From the NCBI GenBank assembly GCA_043381765.1, contig JBHJMP010000889.1, positions 1 through 35,449 on the forward strand: DNA of 35,449 nucleotides, in the 5' to 3' direction. The position numbers and the translations under genes were made by a program. Each line of letters opens with the position of its first letter. The first letter of the stretch is position 1. Positions 27,301 through 35,449 of this stretch are shown piece by piece. A model generated the notes under the pieces. It did not search any database. It saw only the letters and a list, made by a program, of their open reading frames with translations, and was not told the DNA's origin. The DNA comes from Collodictyon triciliatum. Lineage: Eukaryota.

Positions 27301-30300
27301 ATGAATATGTGTGTCGGCTTCTCGAGAGTATCTTTTTCTTTGCTTGTAAATCCACATATCCTATTAAGATAATTTTGTGAGTGGCCATTGACTCTCCATC
27401 ATGATGTAAGGAGCAGTCCATATCGGAGAATATAAACCACAGATATTTTAATACCGAAGCAAATCGTTTCTTAAAGCAACTAGTAATCGCAAGGAGCAGG
27501 ACTTCTTCAACCAAGCAGAATAAGAATTTGTGGAGACATCCTGTCAGTATAATCAATTAATAGAAGTGTCTTTGTATATACAAAGAGGATGGAAAAAAAA
27601 AAGTTAAAAATATGAATTATTCGTTCAGGCGATGGTAGTATAGAGTAATGATTTTGAAATAAGGACAAGGTTTATATTACGTTAGGACTTCCGTAAGAAG
27701 CAACTTCAAGGTTAAGTCGATTCAGCAAGGCATTTACTAAATACATATTCGACCTTTGTATTGTGCAATAGATAAGTTAGCATGTCTAGTCGAGTTTGGG
27801 GAGTATGAGGTTGAGCGGGACGAATTTGGAAAAAAAAAAATTGAGTTCACACCGAAAATTAAAAGGGAAACTACCCAATTCTACAAAAATATTACTCATT
27901 TTTATCCGAAAGAAGTCTGGACGGGTCCGACGATGCTGATATGCTGTCCAGAATGGAGCAAATCAGTATATTTTTAGCGGAGCACGGTCGAGATGATCTG
28001 CATATTGGTTATAGTTGTCATGAATTGTGATAAAAGGGCACTTATTTGCATAAACAATCTCACATTTTCCATAGGATACATAGAATGGTTCAAGGGCATT
28101 ATTACGTCTCTTTCAAAAGACCCATTATGCAGGCCAGCTGCTGGTCAGGAGATGGGTAAAATATTGTAAACCCTACAGTCAGCAACTCACATACTTCCCA
28201 TTGAATTTGCTGTATGTAAAGCGACTCTGGTGAAAGGGGGCCCGTGCGACTTCTGTATCGCAATTTATGGTAAGTTACACGAAACACCCTCTATCAGGCG
28301 GAGCTATGCAATATTTTATGTTACAAGGTATATACTTTGCCGCTGGTCCATCAACCATTCGCAGGAACAATTGAAGCATTTTGGAACGGATTGAGCGATC
28401 TGCTGCATGCAATAAAAAAAATTTATGGAAACTGAATGTTGAAATATCATGACAAGATAATTACAAATCAAGTTAATTTAATGTGAGCCGGTATGCACCT
28501 TGGCCATCCTGGGGTGAGCTTATACACAATCCGACGTTTGCCGGTGGTGTCTTTGATCGAATAAGGAAGTATATGTTGGCTACAATATATAATCGATGAT
28601 AAAAGAAAAATAGACGCTTTGTAACAGGAGATGAACAGAAAAAACGTTGTTTTCATAGTAATGAAAAATAAATCTATAAATGTAATGCGCGCATATTGCA
28701 TATGGATTAAAATATATGGAAAAATCTGAAGTTTGATGATGGTATGTGATAAAAAAAAAAGGAGCGATTTCTTTTAATCATTTTATGGGTTTTTTTTGGT
28801 TTTTTTTTTGGTTTTTTTTGGTTTTTTTTTGGTTTTTTTTGGTTTTTTTTTGGTTTTTTTTTGGTTTTTTGTGGTTTTTTTTGGTTTTTTTTGGTTTTTG
28901 AAAAGATTACCTTTCAATATACGGATGGTAGCTAAAATGACGTAAGCAATTGATAGAGTTAATTGGGGTGACAACCCATTTCTGCTTGGGATAGGTGAAG
29001 GTGGAGTGGCCATAGCAAGCTGTGCCCTTTTTGAAGCTGGAGATGCTGATGCAGTTGCCCTTACAGTCCCAAAAAAATGATGTTTGTAGTTGTCGATAAC
29101 AGAGTATAGGACCTGAAAGGTTTTTGAATCCAGCTGTACGTAAAGCGAAGGAGACATTTCCGGTGTTGGGGTACTACAAAACAGTATTTCAAAAAGGATT
29201 GGTGGCAAATGTAAAGATGGGAATTTAGGTATGGAAGATAAATATGAGTACAGCAGCGGCTCACATATTTGTCGTGTGGATTTGTGTCCAGGATGAGAGT
29301 CTGAGAGGAGATGGCAGCAATGGGTAGCAATCATAGAAATTCCTTCTGGTCGATTTATCGATGTTTGCTAATAGCGTTATTGCGGCATGCTCGCTGCTAC
29401 TAGGTTTTTCAGTTTCGGTTGAACTGTATTCTGGTAAGGACAATATTATTTCCGGCATCATGATGATTTGAATGGCCGTGTAGTCTAATTAAATGATGTT
29501 AGAAGAGGAAATTAGGAGGGTTCTGGTTGCATACATTGATTCAGGCCCATCAAAAACTTCTGAGAAGTATATGGTTAAAAAAAGAAGAAAAAAAAAGGGA
29601 GCGATTTAAGGGTAAACATGGCTGATATATTGATGTTAATAAAAATTCACCTAGATAGGTATCAGGAACAAGCGCATCCTTAATTAGTCGACCATCGTTA
29701 AGTCCATAAACCCTAACGAATATATAATTTGGGCGAGGACAAATTTTCGTGGGGTATTTTACAACCTATGGTGATTATCAAGTTTAGCCAATGGCGTGTG
29801 GTTGCTGCATTTATATTGTGCCGATAGAGGAAAATTGATAAAAATATCCATTAGAAAGAAAGTTCACCAAAAAGTGTCCATTCGTCATGAATACACACTC
29901 ATTCAGCCAAGGGTTTACTCCCGTCATTTCTGATGCTAAGACATATGTTACAAAGTAAGGGAATTGGATATGAGCCAACATTTTGATTGTGTAGTGACGC
30001 AGTTTCTTTTTGCTTCTAAGGTGACTTCACTACTATAATTAACATAAAGAGTTATTTGATATTCTGTAGATGGATGCAAATATACCTTGTTTATTCAATG
30101 CGTAGTCAACATATCTAAGTTCGTCAAATGACAAATTTTCGTATGCAGGCATCGCGGTTATCGACACTATAGACTCTGATGATGTGGGTGTTTCCTGACC
30201 CTAGAATATGAAATGTCATATTTAATGGGTGACATAGAAATTCTGACGGTATACGATTACTAGATGAAAGTAAATCATTTGATTGTAGGAACTATACATT

Positions 30301-32938
30301 TCTATTTGATGAGTAATGCACTATGTATACTCTCTAAATGTATCTCCAAATAGGATAAAGGGAGACCTGTGGTACCGGTGCATATTTTTCAACCATGGAA
30401 CCAAGGGGATAGCGAGCTGAGTGTGTTTAGAGTCTTTACTATAAAAATCGGGGCAGAAGAGGAATGAGCCATTACAGGAGTAAAATTAAAGGTTGTATTT
30501 ACATTCAAAAGGAGTGCCGATAATTTGGAATAGTGCATCTTTGCATGGATGCACACCAGGCTTATTCTTTCTTTGGCACATGTAACAAACTTCAAAGTAC
30601 TTGCAAGTCGTGCACTATGTTAAAAGCAATCGAACTTAAATTTTTTGAATTATGATTTCGAATGATATAAAAAGAGAATCGCTTGAATGTACCTTAAATG
30701 AAGCAATATTTGTTCGACATAAATGGCAAAGTGAAGTATGCACTGTTGAATCTCCTTTGAGAGTTATTGTCTTTATATGATTCAGTGATTCGCTCGGGTC
30801 GTAAATACTTATAGAAACGCTCATCTAGACGTAATTTAGATAAGTGGTTGCACTTGCGCAAAAATTGAGACGCAGACTTATTACATATATATCTTGGAAA
30901 AATGGCGTACGTGATTATTGTATTGTGTAGTATAGATGTATCGCCCATCTGAAAATATGGGAGACCTAAACCAAAAATTAAGCATTATTAGGGACAAATG
31001 TACTCGAATCAATATACTGCTAGCTGAGGGGAAATAACATAAAAAATATATGTGAACAAATAAGTAGAGGATATATGTAAGTACGCTTTCCGCTTCGATT
31101 CATTCAGAATCTTCTTGTTCGAATCGATGAAGGTATTATTCGGGAGTTCCTCAAAACAGCATTCTTCCTAGTAAACATATACATGCATGAATTTGACCTA
31201 TCTACATATTTTGTTCATGAAATAATCTATACAAAGATTAGAAGGAAAAATGGCAGTGTAAGGATAAAACAGGCAATAATGATTTCTTTCTCTTCATGAA
31301 TAATATGGTACCTCCAGCGAGTCTGGTAAGAAGCAATGAAGAAGTGTGGGATTTTTTTCTGACCTAGTGTAAATTCGGTCGCGCGCATATGCAATCCAAG
31401 ACAGTTGGTCAAGAAACGGATATGATTTCGTCAAAATGACCGTATTCATAGTCTTCCAACAAATAATAATAGTAATAAGTAAATGATAGTAATAAAAATT
31501 CACATGAGTTGTTCAGATTAACATTAGTACAATACAGGAAGGCTATGTAGCGATGAAGGGTATATATAATTGTTATCATCATTCAAATGAAAATAAAATA
31601 GCTGTTACCGTGGAATAAAATCCAGTAGTGAGTTTAAATATTGAAGAATTATGTACAATATAGATATATGTACCTAAAATAAAAAAGTTAAGTATATTTC
31701 CCTTTTCCATATTGATTTATTACCTCTAGTTAGATTTTCACCACTTAAAATTCTTTTGTTCGGCTTATATATTGTAATATATGGCGCGGTAATCGGATTA
31801 GGTTTTCAATCTTAAATTACCATCAAATGCAAATGACTGAAGCTTTGCATAGTCTACAAGAGAGTTTCCGCTTTGTGCTCCACATATAATTTCTCCCGTT
31901 ACGACACCTGCAACGACAGCAGGTAATATATTATATCTTTGAATTGTGGTTTTTGTTTTATTTTTCTGAAGTGTAATGCCTTTGTTTTTTGTTTTTTGTT
32001 TTTTGTTTTTTGTTTTTTGTTTTTTGTTTTTTGTTTTTTGATTTTTGATTTTTGATTTTTGATTTTTGATTTTTGATTTTTGATTTTTGATTTTTGATTT
32101 TTGATTTTTGATTTTTGATTTTTGATTTTTGATTTTTTTTCTAGTTAAGTGTATAAAAATACGCGAGAGTCTGGGTCATTAATGAATAATAGACTATGAG
32201 AGAAGGGGACTGCATGTTCATCATATCGAATCACATATCTATGGTTTTTAGATTGATTGCAATAAGTAAATGCACGTAAATATTACCCAAGCGAGCCCGA
32301 AATAACGAGTTTTGGAGAAATGTGTCGTGTGTATGGTCTGCTAGCATACTAATTTCGGTATTCATTGATACTGGAAAATTCTCCACTCCGGTTGGTGATA
32401 AGAGTGATTTGATACACTGAAATGAACAGGAAAAATTCAGATATCATCATTATCACGCAAACGTGTTGATTCAGTAAACAGTAAAAAAAAAAAAATGTTT
32501 CTTTTAAAAAAAAATCCACAAATAATTGCAATACTATAATCATGTCGTGAAGAGACGAGCGGGCGATGGCAAGTCCTGTTAGTATTCGCAACACAAGGTG
32601 CCTGTGGGTTAATTTCGAGGTGTCTTGGCTCGACGTAGCCGGGAGCTTAGTGGAAGAAAATCATCACTTCATACTCATAGACCCACATTAAATGAAATAA
32701 ATCAACGAAGCTTTAGTCAATTATTCTAAGGACCATATGTTCGAAGTTGGTTAAAAAATGAAAAGAAAAAGCACAGCGTGTGAAAACTCTTCTAATTCAA
32801 TATATAGTGTAGTATTACCAGAGACATGACCCACTCCCGTAGCGGATTCACCCATTCGCTGGGTTCTTTTTTCAAATATGAAGGGTAGTGAGCAGCGATT
32901 GCGTCGGATAGTAGGTTTAAGCATTCGGTGCAGATTTC

Positions 32939-33035
<97 letters not shown>

Positions 33036-35198
33036 GTGAATTAAATCAAAATAAAGTAAAAGTAAAAATAAAATAAAAAAGATAAATTATATGGAGTTTT
33101 CTTTTTGAATCCATACATATTTTACTTTTCAGATAACCCCGAAGGGTCACTCTATACATATTTTATATTGTTCATAAACAAAAATGGTCCATCAATTCTC
33201 TGTGAGGGAAGAGAGAGTACCTATGCTTCCTTGACATATCGACTTTACCAACGGGACGAATATTTGATTACAAAGCTTTGCTATAGTTTCCGGAGACTTT
33301 GTGGCATCGGATGTGGTGTCTATGAATTTGGATGAGGCTGCTGTGCTCATAAAAGACATCTAAAAAACCGGATAACATATTAGCAGGGGGGTTTTCCATT
33401 ATGACAAACTATAAAAATAAAAATAAAATGCCACAAAAAATAGTAATGTTCTTGCTTATATCTTGATAGTGGGTCATTAAATACCAAGATTCCTGTTCCT
33501 ATTCCAATTATTGATGTAAGTGCTACTGTGGCGTTTGAAACAGATGCGATAGATTGAAGCCATGCTTGGTGGCTACCAGACTGATTACCCGTATTCGCCA
33601 TTAACTATATTAATTAGATATATTTTTAAAGAATATTTTACTTTGATATTTATTTGATAACTCATTTGTAATTCCTTGTATTCATAGTGTGATTCATTCG
33701 GACTTCGTAGCTATGTTTTTGGACCGCACCTAATGTGGGTTTATGAAAAAGATATCTACGCTCCGCAATAAATGATTAGAATATATACAAACCTGCAACC
33801 ACGATTTCAATTCATGTACCAATCCACCAGGGAGAGCCAAATTCGGTAACTCGTTCAAGCAAGATGCTATGTTCTAGTTCACAAAGATGCATACCGTGTT
33901 ATGTAACCAAAATGCTTATCTCTGAGACTATAGAAAAGTTTGTATAATTTTGTGTATTCTTCGACATTTGAATCGAATGAATTATTGATATATCAACTGA
34001 TAGAAAATCGAATAGAATGAGTACTTGGAGAGCCTCTGTGATAAGGTTGGGTTCCAACCGATTCACATATTTTATTATGGGGAGGAATACCCTTAAACAG
34101 ACTGCAGCGACAAACGGGATAGGTGGGTGATTGTCCGTTGCATTTCCCGAGATAGTTTTAAAAAGTGGGTCTGACTCCTGATACAAGATGGTAGGAATTA
34201 TACATGAGGAATTTAACAACGTTTCGTTTGTGGTGAATCATTTGATTAAGAGAATGTAAATGGAGATATTTTGGGAATTATTCATCGCAAGCGGAAATTG
34301 CACCTTAAAAGATCCGTATCTTTCTACAAACAGCTGTAAAGAGCGCCCTATTGCCTGCTGTGACCTGCATAACAATTGCAACCGTTGCTCCAGTACAAAT
34401 CCAAAACTGCTTGTCATTGGAGTGTAGTTTCTTAAATCGCTAATGTATCTCCTTTGAACAGCCTCTTGAAGCTTAAGAGAGTGGGCTGCTAATAAGAACG
34501 AAGAGTCTGGTACTTCCTGTGTCAAAATTTTCCTTGGTTTTGATGAAAAGAAATCGACCAAAGCATTTTTTTGATTGGGCCTATGGGAAAATAATTTTCA
34601 TGAACAATTATTAAGTTCTAATGCTTAAATAAAAAAAATAAGTCAGTAATATTAAATAATGTATATTCATATAATATGAGCTTGCCTCGCATATGGAAAA
34701 GAGGAAATGAATAAGTTAAGGACGATAGATTCACCTTTCGCTGGTATCGGTGGCTATCTCTGTGAGTGAAGATGTCTCCATAAATATCACATCTTCGCCC
34801 AGTTTTAGCCATTCAGCGTCCTCCAGGTCCTCGAGTTCTCTGTCCAACCTTGCAATTTCTGCCGCTAGTTCGTGGGATGGTCGATGAGAATGAAGAAATG
34901 CTTCCAGAGCGGATGGGATTTGTCCGTCCTTGGATAGAAGCGCTGCCAGACTTCTCCGATGGATCTGAATCTGAAGAATACGCTGTTTTGTTCGGTGTGT
35001 TTCTCCATAGAGTCCTGGGATGGATAAAGCTTCGCTCATCGCATCTATGGCATATTGGCGCGGATCTGCGAGTAGCTGCATCACATAGTCCAGTGAGCGG
35101 AGGTAGTCGGGTGCCCGCAAGTTTCGGATTCCAGGGATTGTGGAGAATGAAGAGGCTGGCGAGGGATTTTCAACACTGGCATAATCGATGTGGCTCAT
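15336..35198 (-). CDS. Giant HECT-type E3 ubiquitin ligase (HERC1/HERC2/HECTD4-like scaffold; no RCC1 repeats seen), ~57 exons
   Basis: I traced a continuous in-phase GT-AG exon chain from [10 protein letters not shown] (ATG 35198) to TAA at 15336; a few acceptors have alternatives. C-terminal HECT motifs: [86 protein letters not shown] (catalytic Cys). HERC-like segments: [58 protein letters not shown]. The start is tentative: a pyrimidine tract plus AG upstream could mean further 5' exons outside the window. Confidence 0.92.
15990..16245. repeat. Compound heptamer repeat (GAAATAT)n-(GAAATGA)n-(GAAAGGA/GAAAGCA)n in a HECT intron
   Basis: Directly visible; fills most of the intron at ~15946-16249. 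Confidence 0.95.
16522..16632. repeat. Purine tract (AAAAAGAAAG)n / (AAAAAG)n in a HECT intron
   Basis: Directly visible. Confidence 0.9.
18630..19320 (-). other. CUB-like module of the HECT ligase
   Basis: VQESPHPY...[27 protein letters not shown]...[10 protein letters not shown]...[11 protein letters not shown] across three exons; matches my recall of the ESxHPY...WGF module in ZZEF1/HECTD4-type proteins. Confidence 0.7.
21420..21900 (-). other. SPRY domain of the HECT ligase
   Basis: [19 protein letters not shown]...[16 protein letters not shown]...[14 protein letters not shown]...YPYISM...[10 protein letters not shown] is a RanBP9/HERC1-type SPRY pattern. Confidence 0.9.
22412..22550. 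repeat. (CACAAAAAAA)n imperfect intronic repeat
   Basis: Directly visible. Confidence 0.9.
22957..23049. repeat. (TTTG)n intronic microsatellite
   Basis: Directly visible. Confidence 0.95.
28788..28900. repeat. (GGTTTTTTT[T])n intronic repeat
   Basis: Directly visible, next to the minus-strand donor at ~28910. Confidence 0.9.
30086..30416 (-). other. GLEBS-like (Rae1/Gle2-binding) motif encoded by exons 30416-30367 and 30200-30086
   Basis: Spliced translation [54 protein letters not shown], compared from memory with Nup98 CITAMKEYESKSLEELRLEDY. Confidence 0.8.
30540..30728 (-). other. ZZ-type zinc finger-like motif split by an intron
   Basis: [36 protein letters not shown]: CxxC...FKCxxCxxFEVCxxC...H pattern; exons 30824-30693 and 30614-30503. 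Confidence 0.7.
31981..32140. repeat. Compound heptamer (GTTTTTT)n then (GATTTTT)n intronic repeat
   Basis: Directly visible; abrupt switch of unit near 32040. Confidence 0.95.
32940..33033. repeat. (AAT)~31 microsatellite abutting a splice acceptor
   Basis: Minus strand reads (ATT)n-AG directly before the exon starting at 32937. Confidence 0.95.
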
Positions 35199-35348
35199 GG
35201 AAACCTCACGAAAGAAAAGCAAGAGAGAAGCGGAGGTCCTATATGAAGCCAAGAAGTGATAGAGTAAAAAAAAAGTTAAGGAAGCAATAATTTGTTTTGT
35301 TTGTTTTTGGTTTCTTTTCTCGTTTGTTTCCCATGTTTTTGTTTCTTG

Positions 35349-35449
35349 TGGTTTTTATGGTTTTTATGGTTTTTATGGTTTTTATGGTTTTTATGGTTTT
35401 TATGGTTTTTATGGTTTTTATGGTTTTTATGGTTTTTATGGTTTTTATG
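35349..35449. repeat. (GGTTTTTAT)n nonamer repeat, truncated by window end
   Basis: Directly visible. Confidence 0.95.

Noticed and set aside
255-35198. Alternative genetic code or stop reassignment
   Set aside because: Fragmented ORFs are explained by GT-AG introns; the traced exons of NOT4, ferroportin and HECT have no internal stops, and genes end in TAG, TAA, TGA and TAA.
255-35198. Functional gene cluster (two mRNA-linked E3 ligases plus ferroportin)
   Set aside because: Adjacency in a compact eukaryotic genome is not evidence of shared function without conserved synteny.
34850-35290. 146-aa + strand ORF antisense to the first HECT exon; overlapping ORFs at 14171-14819
   Set aside because: Shadow ORFs of GC-richer exons with no recognisable motif.
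35349-35449. Telomere at the window end
   Set aside because: (GGTTTTTAT)n resembles the other internal T-rich arrays (e.g. 28788-28900); nothing indicates a chromosome end.
1-35449. CRISPR array, tRNA/rRNA, transposase or reverse transcriptase
   Set aside because: No repeat-spacer structure, cloverleaf or mobile-element protein motif was seen.

Overview
AT-rich, intron-dense eukaryotic DNA (likely a protist or early-diverging lineage; not identifiable from sequence alone), read with the standard genetic code and GT-AG introns. Hand splicing gives four protein-coding genes. (1) NOT4/CNOT4-type RING-RRM-C3H1 E3 ligase, + 255-6152, with a long low-complexity tail including a perfect (TCCCAA)26 = (SQ)26 run. 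(2) Ferroportin/SLC40A1-like iron exporter, + 6654-9447. (3) A PH-(C2?)-RasGAP-like gene, + from the gap at ~9900 to 14781, whose GAP signature is degenerate (FLR read as IYF). (4) A giant HECT E3 ligase, - ~35198 to 15336, ~57 exons and roughly 3,700 aa by my count, with propeller-like, ZZ-like, SPRY, CUB-like and HECT regions. The most striking observation is a Nup98/Nup116-type GLEBS (Rae1/Gle2-binding) motif on two small exons of the HECT ligase; the ORF track does not show it. Introns carry many simple repeats (often period 7) and short duplications. There are two N gaps. No RNA genes, CRISPR or transposase were seen. All domain calls come from motif recall, not database searches.
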